Source of the DNA: Girardia tigrina
Taxonomy: Eukaryota
Reading direction: 5' to 3'
DNA: 62,447 nt
Assembly: GCA_001938485.1 (NCBI GenBank)
Contig: MQRK01217748.1
Span: 67,837 to 130,283, forward strand
Shown: positions 12,417-25,376 of the stretch, in pieces
How positions within the stretch are numbered: position 1 is the stretch's first letter
How the letters are laid out: each line of letters begins with the position of its first letter
The notes under the pieces: generated by a model
The model's input: the letters and a program-made list of their open reading frames with translations, nothing else
Databases searched by the model: none
What the model was told of the DNA's origin: nothing
Program-made: the position numbers and the translations under genes

Positions 12417-13582
12417 ATTAGATAAAAAAGCTTTAATCAAATTATATTTTCGAAATACTAAACTTGCGTTTACAAGACTCAATATTATATATATATATAT
12501 ACATTTTATTATATTACAATATTTTAAAAAAAGTGATTAACACTAATATTTAAACAGTTTGTTTTATTAATCTTAAATCGGTATAAATAAAAATACTTTT
12601 AATTTTAATTATAAGTTCTACCTTTACTTAATTTTATCAATTTTAAATTACAAAAACATTAACAATTATTTAATAGTTTCGTTAAATTTTATTAATTTAA
12701 AATTTTTTTACAATTATCAAATAATTACATATTTAATTAAACTATTTAATCCAACTTTAATTTTAAATATTTATTTAATTTATTTAAATCTCGATCAGCG
12801 AAATGAAAATTATCTATCTCCTCATATTTAATATTAATATTCATTTATTAAATTTATTTTATAATATTTTTAAAAAAAATTTGGAAAATTGATGGATTTT
12901 ATAAACAAAATAAAATAGTTTTAAATTAAGTAGAAAAAATACTAAAAATATTTTGCTTAAAAAGCTGAGAATTGTTGAGATCGTGACCTTGTCAACCCAA
13001 ACCTGTTTTTATTCATATCGAAAATGTTACAAAATTTTTCATTTCCAATTCTACCAAAACTTCCCGAGGGAAATTCTTATTCTCTAAACATCCATGGGAT
13101 TTATTCTCACTGGAATAAAGTAATAATAACAAGTGGTAACTGGGTTTCCCATTTCCTAATCTTGCTGTTATTCCATAAAGAATACATTTCCTTATAATAT
13201 ATTCCTTATAAAACATTTAAGGTAATATTTACTTGTTTTGAATCACTGGTCATCAGATATTTAAAATAGTTTTGAAAAATCAACCAAAAATAAAATTTTC
13301 CATCGTCAATATTTTTAATTTTTTTAGCTTTGTGCAATTGCTTTATATTATTTTTTCTTGGATTTAATTTTTATTTAACATTGTGAGAATTTTTTACTAT
13401 TGTGTGTTTTACGTTGGAATGTTGTATGTTGTTTTAGAATGGTGCCTCCCCTCTCCAATCACTGAATTGTCTGAAAGTATTCTATTATAAATTTCCAAAT
13501 ATTTAATAAACGTATGAAAAAGTAATAATAGTAATATTTTAGATTAAATTTTAAAAAAATAATTAACATTTTTGTATTTATC

Positions 13583-14861
13583 ACAGGTTGATGCAAAAGA
13601 AATTTCGTTTTTAATGTATTTAATATTCATTGTTTGAAATATTTAGAAAATCATTAATAAATGGATTCATATTTAAATTTACTTTAAAGCTTAAACTTTA
13701 CTCTATATTTTGATACCAATTATGACATTATTGTTATTTTAATTTAAGGTGTATTTACTTTATTTTAGAAATGTTAGAAAAGAAGGAAATGAGAACAATT
13801 TTATTCTACGATTTCAAACTAGGTCGAAAAGCGACAGAAATGGCTCGGAATATTAACAATGTATTTGGACAACATACCAATAATTTACGAACAGTACAAC
13901 GTTTGTTTTCAAAGTTTCGTAGTAGCAACGAGAACTTTGAAGATGAAGAACATTGTAGCAGACAATCACAAGTTGACGACGACCATTTGAAGAAGTTAAT
14001 CAATGCCGACCCTCAAAGAAATTCACAGGAAGTCGCTCAAGAACTCAACGTTCACGAATTAGCAGTTGTTCGTCATCTGAAGAAAACCGGGAAAGGGAAA
14101 AAGGCGGACAAGTGGGTGCCGCACGAATTAAACGAAAATAAAAAATCGTCGTTTTAACGTGTGTTCGTCTCTGCTTTTGCGTAATCAAAGCGACCCGTTT
14201 CTAGATCGAATTGTAACGTGCGATGAAAAATGGATCCCATACGACAACCGGCGACTTTCAGCTCAGTGGTTGGATTTCAATGAGGTTCCAAAGCTTTATC
14301 CGAAGCCAAAATTACACCAAAAAAGAGTCATGGTAACTGTTTGATGGTCTGCACACGGTTTAATCCATTACAGCTTCCTAAAACAGGGCGAAACAATTAC
14401 AGCGGAAAAGTATTGTCAGCAAATTGATAAAATGCACCAAGAACTACAAAAAACGGCCGGCATTACTCAATAGAAACAGGCCCATTCTTCTGCATGACAA
14501 CGCTTGTCCACATGTTGCAAGAAATACCATGCTAAAGTTAAACGGACTGGGATATGAAACTTTACCTTATACACCGTACTCACCAGACCTTTCTCCTACA
14601 GACTATCACCTTTTTAAACATTTCAGCCAGTTCCTTTGCGAAAAATGCTTCAGATACCAAGGAGATGCTGAAAGAGCCTTGGATGACTTCATCGCCTCCA
14701 GAACTCCAGAATTTTATGAAACTAGAATAAAAAAACTTGTTACCCGTTTGTCACAGTGTGTTCAATGTAATGGTTTTTATTTTGACAAATAAAGTTAATT
14801 CCTAAGAAAGTCCATTTAAAGTTGACGGTTAAAAAACGAAATTTCTTTTACATCAACCTAA
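13583..14861 (+). mobile_element. Full-length mariner, cecropia subfamily (Hsmar1/Dtmar1-like), transposase disrupted
   Basis: TIRs AGGTTGATGCAAAAGAAATTTCGTTTTT / AAAAACGAAATTTCTTTTACATCAACCTAA followed by TA; motifs WVPHEL, TCDEKW, HDNA, YSPDLSPTDY split over ORFs 13771-14157, 14159-14344 and 14424-14792. Confidence 0.95.
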
Positions 14862-14984
14862 TAATTGAATAATTTGAAATTATAATTTTTCAATAATTAC
14901 TGAAATTTTAGAAGATAAACAAAATTAAAAGTACAACCTCGAGAAAGATAAAAAATAAAATTATTATTGCAAAGGGAGTTATAA

Positions 14985-15345
14985 TTGAGAGGAAACTTTG
15001 AACTTTGGATGTGACAGAGACTACTTTAGCACTACTTATTGTTCTACAAATACTCTTCTTAAACAATCTAAATCCTTCAGAATATGGAATTTTAATGTCT
15101 TGTTTGTATTCTTTAGTATTTTCTTCTTTTAATTGTTTTTTATCTCGTGCATCTGTACATAATTTGTCTAATGTTACCCTAATGTTGTGTTCTATTTGCT
15201 TATTTGTATACATATTGTCCTTCAAGCGTCTTCTAAGAATATTTAAACCATGATTTGCAATTTCAAAACTGGACGACAAATTTCAAACTCTGAGAACAAG
15301 CCCTTTTATCATACCCTCTCTATATTTTTCCTCACAAAACTCTGT
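14985..15345 (-). repeat. 361-bp apparently identical copy of PLE segment 11423-11783
   Basis: Same length; identical ORF translations on both strands in the ORF track. Confidence 0.9.
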
Positions 15346-15991
15346 AATAACAAAAAATATTTCGAAAATTTTATTAATGCTCATATTATAAATTAAAGGA
15401 TTTTATTTAAGATGATTTAAAGTACATAAAATAAATAACTAGAAAAATAATAATTAATAATTATCTTTATTCAATCAAAAAAAAATTTTATAATTCGATT
15501 ATTTTATATTTTAAAATAATTAATAAATTTTTCATTTATAAAAATTTTGACACGACTGAAAAGGCATTTGAGATTGAATTTCTTAGTATAAAAATTATAT
15601 CATAATTTTCTTATTATTTGCCAGTTTGTTTCATTGCCCAATTCTCGAGGGGCAAATGGTAAATTGAAAATTTGATAAACTGGATTTGATATCTTTTTCA
15701 TTTGGATCAGCTTAGATTGTAATCTCCATCAAATTAAACTGTTCTTCGATATTTTACCTCACAAAGTTTGGAGATATAATTTTGTACATCTATTTAAAAT
15801 TAAATTAGAAAAGATTTTCCTATATTTTAATTATAAATATTTTTTTTACAAATGACAACAAATAACAACTCGTTAACATAGTAATTCGACAATTATTTAA
15901 AAAAAATGGTACAGAACGTAAGAATTTTTAAAAAACAAAATTTGTCAGGACCCCAGTGAAAAAGGAAGGTACCTGGCTGAAAAATATATAT

Positions 15992-16030
<39 letters not shown>

Positions 16031-16099
16031 TATATATATAAAAAAATAAAGCCATTTTATTTTAGGATTTGTTTTCGAAAACATTTTGTGTTGTATTTA

Positions 16100-16455
16100 T
16101 AGTCAGAAGATCATCACGTCACTATGTTTGACATCAGAAGACTCTAATATGATTGGACAAATCACTTTGCACGTTTAAACAAGGTTTATGAAATTTAATT
16201 AACAGTGCCACAGTAATTATTATTTCATAGTTAAAGTCAAAGTTACCAAACAAAACCAAAAAATCACTAGCCTTTACCTTGCTGTGAGTTCAATGACATT
16301 TCTGAATGTGATCTAAAATAGAGCTTTTTCTACTTGATTGGGTATGTTCAGCAATTCTATTACAAAGGTGACGATTTGTCTCTTCAATATTCAAGGATTC
16401 ACACTTGTTACATTTCAAATCTTAGACTAAATCTGCTTTCATACCCAATGGTGTT
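16100..16455 (-). mobile_element. Penelope-like GIY-YIG C-terminal fragment
   Basis: Minus strand reads KCNKCESLNIEETNRHLCNRIAEH...VALLIKFHKPCLNVQ; homologous to 7085-7395. Confidence 0.75.
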
Positions 16456-16573
16456 TTTGATTTATTATAAAAGTAATTAGAAATTTTGTTAGTGAAGAAA
16501 ACTAATTTCGATTTAACACCTACTGGAGAACATTTTTCAAAACCCTTTTTTACAATCATTTTCTCCTTTTTAC

Positions 16574-16693
16574 TACGGGAATTTTAAGAAAAAAAGAAAC
16601 TTTTCTTAAAATTCCCGTAATCTGAAGGAGCAAAGATTGTAATTTTTAAGTCAAGAAATGTGAAATGTTTAGGTCAAAATTTAGGTCACCCTA
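16574..16693 (-). mobile_element. hAT-type MITE end with a perfect 19-bp inverted repeat
   Basis: TACGGGAATTTTAAGAAAA (16574-92) pairs with 16601-19; ends in GGTCACCCTA (TAGGGTGACC-type TIR). Confidence 0.5.
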
Positions 16694-16695
16694 GT

Positions 16696-16975
16696 AACAA
16701 CTAATTAAATATTTTTAACAAAGTGTAAGAGACACATGTTTGAGACACATTAATTAATGGATAAAGTGAAACGGATTCAGAAACATAGACAATTATACAA
16801 TGATACTAGTATTACTGGATATATGGAAGTATGTAGATCTTTTGTGAAAAAAAACCGATTTTAAAATTTTTCGAAAACGAGTTTTTTGTGAGGCATCATT
16901 AATTAAAATCGCTAATCTATCAATGATTGTCCAAACAATACTCGTGTCCACCTTTAAAATATTTAATTAGTTATT
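16696..16975. repeat. Small MITE-like element with imperfect terminal inverted repeats
   Basis: AACAACTAATTAAATATTTT at the left versus AAAATATTTAATTAGTTATT at the right; similarity extends inward ~60 bp. Confidence 0.45.
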
Positions 16976-19900
16976 GCTTATAGTGATGGTATAATCAGTT
17001 ATTATTAATCACCAATTTAATATAAATAAGACATCAAATTGTTCTTAATAAAGTGTGAAGATTGTGGAATATGCACCGAAATTTTTTGCTAAAGTAAATT
17101 TTACTTTTTTGGATGACGTTTTTAATTATGATCAAAAATTTGCCATTGTTTTTAAAATTTCTTATTAAGAACATTTTGTATATACAAATTACTATTAAAT
17201 GTTCAAGTACCTATCAAGATTCTGTGATCTCATAGATGAGCGACTTTCGAGGAATACTTACCGGTACCAATTTTGTATTTGATACGATCCAGATCGAAGT
17301 TTTTGTTTAACCTTAACTACTCTGTTCCTAGGGATTAGCACAATATTGTATTTCTTATCCTTCGATTAAAAGTTAATTGTGTTTAAATATTATTTTGTCT
17401 ACTTTGATTTGTTTGTTAGTCAATCAAATTATTTAACATATAAAAATTGTATATTTTCGGTAAAAAATCTGATTCCTAATGTTTAAACAAATTTGTGATA
17501 TGTCTTTCCTTGCTACAATTTCAAATTGTCTCTGGATTATTCTATTGATTCACAGGGAAGTTTAATTAAAAAAATTTGTTCTCTGCATTCCTTCAAACAA
17601 CATTCTCGAAGATCATTCAAGCCAACCACCATAAACAGCTTGGTGCTAGTCGTTGTAGAATCCTTTTGGTGAGACATGTTCATTTTGGTAAAGTGATGAA
17701 CTATTTAGTTACATTATATCCATAATTTGTGCTATTACATTCGTTTATGATAAATTACACATTACTTAACAAAACTTGTTTTATTGTAAAATATGTACTG
17801 ATTTGAATTGGTAATTTTACCTTTAATTTGGTTAATCCGTATGTTTATCATACGGAATGGTACATAGTATAAATCTATACATTATTTAAATCGTATTCAT
17901 TAACTAAATGTAATTCGAGTTCACAGTGTACCGAGTTACATTTATTAACTTGATAAAATAATCTTTTTAATAAATAATCGTATTAAGCATATATTTGATT
18001 ACCATTTACAACAAGAATCAAGTTTAAATTACCTAGTTATTATCAGAAATTAGACGAACAAATATATCGAAGAAATGATTCCACAAGTTGACTTAGAAGA
18101 TTGGAAGTAAGGATGTTAAAGTTTACAGCACTATTTTAAGCTTTATGGTTCGGTGTTGGATAGTTACGTTTGTTTAGGAGTCTTGATAGGGTTACTTTTA
18201 GTTAGCGCTTCAAAAAAGGAAAAGAAACCGATTTCGACATTACTTTCGGTAATGGAAAGATAAATAGAAATAGAAGATTAACATTAGCTGTAAAGTGGCT
18301 AAAACAGACTTTTTAGTCGTCCAGTATACTCATATTTTGTAATTGGAAGATTGTTTTGTTGGAAAAGGTTCGATATAAAAAGCTGAATGAATAACATCAA
18401 AATTTTATTAATATAACACAATATATTTCAAACACATTTTCAAGGAACAATTTTTCTTTCGCACAAACTATTTATACAAAAAGATAAGGATATATTAATA
18501 CGAATACTTAATTTATTATTTCTTTAATTTTGGAATTTTCATAATTGATTTTACAACATTACTTTTATTCATATTTTATCCTTTAGAAATTTTTTTCAAA
18601 TTATTTTACTTTATTTCAATTTAGAAATTTTTATAATTAATTTTACAACTTTTATTATTTTTAATATCTTAAACTAAACTTTTTCATTTTTATTATTATA
18701 AAATTTTATTTGAATCACTTTTCTTTTTTATAATGTTTCAATAATAAAATTATCATTTTAAAGTTTAATTTAACTCTTCATTTCATGATTTTTTATTTTT
18801 TCGTGAAAAAAAATAATTCAAATAGACTTGTGAGGAATATTTTAAATTTGGTATTTTGAAATTGGTTTGTTGAATTTTGTATGTTGAGTTTAGTATTTGG
18901 AAATGTGTTTCTCCCACCCAGATGGAAAATTGATATTTTGGATGTTCACGATAAATAATTATTCGAGTATAATTTGCATTTTAATGTACATCATAAGATA
19001 CTTAAAAAACTTTAAAAATATTAAATCGTTTCAAATTTTAATATAAAAAATTTAAATAAAATAAATAGTTTTAACTAAGTTTTGAATTAATTAAATGTTC
19101 TTTCTTTAAATAAAATCATTTTTTAAATAAAATTAATATGTAGATAAAATTATTACTAAAATTACAAAATTAGAACTTTAAAAATAAAATCTGAAAATAA
19201 TGAAAAATTTGTTCGAATAATTGTTTATTAAAAAAAATACATTAATTAAAATTTATCAATTTAGAACGATGTCGAATTACGAAAGTTTTGCAGAGAGTTG
19301 TCCAAAAGACAATTCTGACTGTATTGAAAATAAAAGTTCGAAAATCCATGTTGGTGTTCTTAATAAGACTAATTCAAATGCAATTTGCATACGCACTACG
19401 ACCGCAGGTGGCAGACAATTGGACTAAACTAGTTCGTACTGCACTCAGTTTTAAAGCAAAAAAATGGAAACGTTACTTTTCAATTTTTTTTGAATATTTG
19501 AACAAGTTTTTCGATGTGTGGTTTATAAACCAAAAAATGAAACGAAAGGTTAAAATATTATAACCCTAAAGGTTTTCAGTGTTTTGCTTTATAAAGATAT
19601 ATTTTTTTAAGTATTTTTAAAATTCATTTTAGAGATTTTAAAAATTAAAATTCAAAAACCTGTGAGCTCTACAAATTCTAAAAAAATACTTTTTTCCCAA
19701 ATATGTTATAATAATAAAACAAAAATCTATCAAAAACATAAATTCCATAATAATGAGTGAATGGTTGTGACACTACATCCGGCGGACATGGCAAGCTTTT
19801 CCATCTTAAAGCCGTCAAATAAATACACTTTGACTCTGATTTCTTATTTAAAGAGACTGGTCGACAATAGACAGTTCGATGATCAATAATGTCATATAAT

Positions 19901-20421
19901 CAGATAGGGTCCCACTGACTGGGGCCACATTTTTGTTTGAGATGGCACGTCAGTCGATGATTAATATCAGATAAATTGCTGTGAATTAAAATACAATTTT
20001 ATTTCATCGGTTGTTAAAGTCATTTGAACTTTTTTACAATATAATGCAACAGATCAGTTATTATGAACTGATTTGATGATTATGCTAGTAAAGGTAAAGG
20101 TGGTTGAGACTTTGTTTAGACATTGATGTTAGGGGAACGAAACCTAATTTAAAAGTTTAATACGTTTACAATTTAAAAACTTGCAATTTAAAAACCACAA
20201 TCAGATTTATCTATAATTTTATCTATAATTTCGATTAACAGAAAAATTTTGTTTCAACTTATTATCAAAACTTTCATACATCGAAGAGATTATTCGTGCT
20301 ATCTGGAATAAAAAAATCTAGAAAGAAGATGAAAATAACATTAAATGAGCATAGAAAAATTGAGATATCAAAAATATTTCAAATTCTCTTTTAAGTGAAA
20401 ATCATTTTAAATAGAAAATTT

Positions 20422-21585
20422 TGTGGTGCGCCCAATAAGTAGTTAGCCTAATACGAAGTAATCAATGAACAATTCCAAAACTTTTTTTAATTTATAAGAG
20501 CCAAACTATATAAATTATTATTTTTCACAAATATTTCCAAAACGTCCACACACTTTTGCCGGAACTTGCCTAACTCAATGAAGAAATTTTCAAAGAAAAT
20601 TGGCGATTTTTCGTCAAGAAATTCCCTGACTGCATGCTACAAATCTTCTTTGGAGGAGAAATGGCGGCCTCTTAGGGCTCTCTTGAGATGTTTGAATAAG
20701 CAAAAGTTGAAGGGAGTCAGGTCAGAGCTATAGGAGTGGGTTTGAGCACTATAAACTAAAACTCTGCTTTGCTGCTATTGATTGGCCACTAGTGAGAATT
20801 GGAGCATTATCATGCATGTAGTACAAATTACACAACCTGCTTTTTCTTCTGAGTTTCTGAGTCTGTTGTACAAGATTGGTGTATTATGCACTGTTTGGGC
20901 GAACACCAGATTACATAAAATCTATGAGAATTACACCACTTGCATCAAAAAAATTAAAAGCATCAAGGCTATTTTGTGTGATCTTGATGTTTGCATGTTC
21001 CTGGAACTGGTCTCATATAGTAGTTTCCACTCTTGTAATTCGCATTTTGACTCAGGGATGTATAGAGAAAGTGCTGTCTCATACATTGTGATGATGTTTG
21101 CAATAGATGGTCTCCAACTAAATTCACTCTGCAAAACTCCAATCGGTGAACTTGCATATCAGCAGTTAGTAGACGTTGGATAAATCGTGAACACAATTTT
21201 TTGATGCAACTTTTTGTCAACAATGTCTGAATAGTACTTTGCTGACATTAAGATGTGCTGTCATTTCTCTAGTTGTGATTCTTCTTTCATTTTGATGATT
21301 TTCTCTAACTTTTCCGTCTTTTTCATTGATTTCACTAGTTCTTTCAGCTTTAAATTCATTGAACCAGCGTTTTATTATAGCCGGTGAAGGACTTTCATCG
21401 CCATTAACACCATTCAATTCCATCTGGAAAAAAATCAAAATAACGTAATAAATCTAATAAGAACCAATGACAGACTAAAAAAATTGACAAAAGGTATATA
21501 TATATTGTACTTTATTTCTTTAAAGAATTATTTAATTTTAATCTAGATTTTTACATTAGGCTCACTACTTATTGAGTGCAGTACG
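20422..21585 (-). mobile_element. Degenerate full-length mariner (irritans-related)
   Basis: TIRs GTGGTGCGCCCAATAAGTAGTTAGCCTAAT / ATTAGGCTCACTACTTATTGAGTGCAGTAC; remnants IKRWFNEFKAERTS, IITMYETALSLYIPESK, HDNAP, LFKHLKRALRGRHF. Confidence 0.85.
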
Positions 21586-21639
21586 TATTGTTTTAAGTCA
21601 ACCGAAATATTTGTTATTTTTGAACAGACAACATTTTAG

Positions 21640-22480
21640 TATGTCGCTTTGATGATAATCATCGACATTCTTGAAAAATGTATTTTCAAATACGCTGCAC
21701 AAAAACTAAGAGTAAAGATCCAAATAACGACACAACATCTTTTATCAACACCCAAAACTGTCCCTATCGCATAAATACGACAAGAGCTACCTCCATATCG
21801 GCACCAAATCATCGAACAAGAGTTTGCTGAACTCATAAAAAACCCCAATTATATGTCCTGCAACGTCGATACGGATGTGAATCTTTTCCAAGGTTCCAAA
21901 AATGATGGCACTATCGGAGCGTGCGGCGATTACCATATGTTTAAAAAGTTAATAATAAAGTGCTGACTGGAATTAAATTCAAGATGAATCCGATTTACGA
22001 GATTCTGGAAACCAAAACATAGCTTTTACAACTTCTTTGTGCGATTAAATCAGGCTCTTGTCAAAATTTTCCCTTGTACTTTTGTACCAACCAGTTTATT
22101 GGACACTTCTATGATCCTTTCATGTGGAAACTGACTTTATTAGTTCCAAATTACGAAATGAAATCTTATACATGCATTTGTAAGTTAATGGGCACCGCTT
22201 TTCAGAACTGCATTTTAATAATAGCTTATTTTGGACAAGTCTCATCAATTCTGTTAGGCACGACGAAACCAAATTTAGAAAAAAGGATTTAAACGAGGTT
22301 TGTTTGGTTTTTGTCAAAGTTATGTATATATTTACCATACATCTTTATGGCTACCAAACACTTTCAAGACCTCAAAAACTACGTATTTTTGGAAAGGGTC
22401 TTGTTAATCCCTATATCGGTCGATATAGTAACGGAAAGTTAGTCAAGGTCGAGGTTTTACTCTCGGAAACTTACATACTG
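21640..22480 (+). pseudogene. Heavily decayed Gypsy reverse-transcriptase fragment
   Basis: PKNDGTIGACGDY resembles the Gypsy RT KKDGxxRxCxDY motif; many stops. Confidence 0.5.
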
Positions 22481-23604
22481 TGATGGATCTTAATTACTGA
22501 TATAGGTCTAATCTCAAATACTTAAAATTTGAATTAAATCTTATGCAACCAAGAGTTTCATGGCAAAGTGGATTTTGAGTCACAAAGCTATGATCTTTAA
22601 AAACTTCAATGTTTTTTATTTTTTCGTAACTTTTCATCGAATATATTTAGATCATCGAATTATTACAATCTTTCAGATACTAATTTTGGGCAATGATCTT
22701 CAATTACTTAACTTAATTACCATGCTATTTAAATTAATAAAACTAATTAATTAATTTTATAAGTCTTTTATATGCTTCTGAAAAAGGATTTTGTAAAATC
22801 GTTCTGTAAATGCTTATGTTCTTATTTATTTATTCAAATAGACTTATTTAATAATAACGTACGTATAATGTAACCGTAAGCGTCTCGCCACGGTTGAAGT
22901 GACTTTAAATTTTTGTATCTAATATATTTTATTGAATTATAGAAAATAGGGACCCTTGGGCATCAGTAAGTTAAATGCTTAATATCAAAAGATAATAAAT
23001 ATTACTTTCTTGAAGAAAAGTATTTCTTCACAATTTTTGATCTCTGATATTATCGTTTAGTATTTGATCAAGGAAAGGATGTACTATTTTGAGATAAATG
23101 GAATTTTTTGGAATATAGTTTCAAAAAAGTTTCAAATTTAAGTTTTGATTTTGAAATCGAATATATTAAAGTAAAAGACAGAAAGAAATTGATTTATCCG
23201 CAGGTATAATCTACAATGATTTTATATTTTATTAATTTATCAATTTATTTATTTTATTTTATAAATTATTTTTCAAATTTTTTGTAACTTTGAAAATGAA
23301 ATCTTTTTAGATGAAATGAATTATCAAAATTTTCTTCGATAAAAAGATAAAAAATTAAAAGATAAAAAAGTAACCCTATCAAGACTCCTAAACAAACGTA
23401 ACTATCCAACACCGAACCATAAAGCTTAAAATAGTGCTGTAAACTTTAACATCCTTTATTTTATAATTGTTTATTTGAAATTACAGTGTTACGGGGTACC
23501 CAAATTTATAAAACCCCCATGGAAATTTTGAAAGAAATGGTGTAAGGTAAGGTGGATATTATTTAGGGGGCGTCATTTCTAGAATACATTGTACTAATAT
23601 TATT

Positions 23605-24052
23605 GTGAGGGATAATTGTGAATGTTGTAAGTTTGTTGTTTTTATGCTGTTTAGATTAGTGACTCTCCTACTCAGATGGGATTGATATGTTATTTGATTG
23701 ATTATTTGAATCTAATGAAATTAATTTAATGATATTAAATTAAAGTACTAATTAATTAAAGTTTGATAATTATGAATTTTAATAATATTTTCAGTAAACT
23801 TTTAACTTATTAAATTTAATATTTTTAAAAATTAATGTTTATTTTAAAAATTACATAACGTATTTTTATCCAATAAAAATTAAGAGAAATTAAAATGTAA
23901 TATTAATATTTCCCCATTCATTAATTTTTTTCATATTTAAGTATTTAATCAAAAACTATATTAATCAAAGAAAGATGACCACTGAAAATTGTTGTGAAGA
24001 ATCTGTTTGTGTTGTAAATAAATGTTTGCATTCAAATTGTGATGTTGTTAAT
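23605..24052 (+). repeat. Dispersed AT-rich repeat, copy 2
   Basis: Matches 1-296 directly and 53455-53900 as reverse complement (GACTCTCCTACTCAGATGGGATTGAT block). Confidence 0.85.
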
Positions 24053-24134
24053 AATTATTAAACGGAGTTTTTTTAATAGATCGTTTGATTTATTATTCAA
24101 TACCATTAAAGAAGAGAAATAAAATTATAAAAAA

Positions 24135-25376
24135 TTAAAAATGAACCTGCATCAGAAAGAATGGTAACCAACAAATTGTAAAACAACCCATTATAACTCC
24201 CAAAGTTCGTACAGCTTTAGCTTCAACACTGGCTTTTTGTGGTTTGTGGCCATTACCCATTTGTCTATGAGGACTGGTATCCGTATTTGGACGACCTATT
24301 TCAATATCTGAAGAGTCAATTTGTATAACCGGTAGATCAATTGGATTTGTATTATTCCGTTTCTTCGTACCGGTGTTAGTACAGCTACTTTTACTGATAT
24401 CGGATGATCTACGGATGAAAAAGAGACTTTTTTTGGGACTTAATCCCATTTCATCAAACACAGGATTATATATTGTATTTGAATCGTCTGATGTAATTTT
24501 AAAACTTAATCGACGAGAAATCGGTTTAAAAAAGTTACCAACCACATTGAGAGTGCTTCTAGTAGTACTATCGTCACAATCATCCGTGGCGGATCCCCGT
24601 CTTGAAACGCTTGTTGTTATTGATTCTGAACAGTCTGCATTTATTTTGTTTTTTACTTCAGCCGCCAACATAGCACTGGCTAGTCTAAATATTCTTCCGT
24701 ATAGAACTAGCATAACTACTAATGGTAAGTAAAATGCTATAAAAGTTGCATAGATCTGATAACCCAAATCATTGCTGTAATCACAAGTATACGGGAGTCG
24801 TTTTTGTCTCCATCCAAATAAAGGTGGAATACTTATGAGTCCAGATGCTGTCCACACCAACAATATCATACACAACATTCTTTTTCTTGTTCTTTTCACT
24901 GCATATTTGAATGGCTGCGTTATGACAAGATATCTATCAACAGAAATGGCGCATAGATTAAGAATAGATGAAGTGCATAATAAAACATCGAAAAGAATAA
25001 AAACATCACATAAAATTTCATCAAACGTCCAGTATCCCTTAATTTGATAAATGCTTGCAAATGGTATCACCAGAATACCTACAAGTAAATCTGTCACAGC
25101 AAGGTTGAGAATTAACATATTGCAAGGAGTTTGTAACTTTTTAACTAAAGCCACAGCCGTTATCATTAAACAATTATCCATACATGTCCCGACACTGAGC
25201 AAAGTTAAAATCGTACTGATGAGAATAAGAGATACCTTGTCGTAAGGTATTGGTCTACATAGATCAGGCAGTTCTAAGAAAGACAGATTCCATTTTATAC
25301 CTATCAGTTTACATAACTCAGGATGAGAGACATTCGATCCAAAATGATAAATAAGAAAGGATTTTGAAAAATTCAT
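24135..25376 (-). CDS. Class A aminergic GPCR, serotonin 5-HT7-like (flatworm S7-like clade); exon covering N-terminus to TM6
   Basis: Intact 413-codon frame with NLAVTDL (TM2), CDVFILFDVLLCTSSILNLCAISVDRY (TM3, D3.32 and DRY), KYAVKRTRKRM, ISIPPLFGW, GYQIYATFIAFYLP (TM5), KAVRTLGVIMGCFTICWLPFF (TM6); probable splice donor CAG/GTTCAT near 24147/24146. TM7 not located. Confidence 0.93.
   Translation of the reverse strand: MNFSKSFLIYHFGSNVSHPELCKLIGIKWNLSFLELPDLCRPIPYDKVSLILISTILTLLSVGTCMDNCLMITAVALVKKLQTPCNMLILNLAVTDLLVGILVIPFASIYQIKGYWTFDEILCDVFILFDVLLCTSSILNLCAISVDRYLVITQPFKYAVKRTRKRMLCMILLVWTASGLISIPPLFGWRQKRLPYTCDYSNDLGYQIYATFIAFYLPLVVMLVLYGRIFRLASAMLAAEVKNKINADCSESITTSVSRRGSATDDCDDSTTRSTLNVVGNFFKPISRRLSFKITSDDSNTIYNPVFDEMGLSPKKSLFFIRRSSDISKSSCTNTGTKKRNNTNPIDLPVIQIDSSDIEIGRPNTDTSPHRQMGNGHKPQKASVEAKAVRTLGVIMGCFTICWLPFFLMQVHF

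Larger units (their letters stand above)
10857..12453 (-). mobile_element. Penelope-like retroelement (RT + GIY-YIG), 5'-truncated, with inverted pLTR ends
   Basis: RT motifs SFDVSSLFTNVP, DGFAMGSPLAP, RYVDD, PFLDILV (11834-12349); NLVYKFNCHWCQNSYIGE GIY-YIG start (~11340-11395); 10857-10975 is an inverted copy of 12336-12453. Confidence 0.92.

Noticed and set aside
24373-25245. Plus-strand ORFs opposite the GPCR
   Set aside because: Antisense shadows of the real coding frame.
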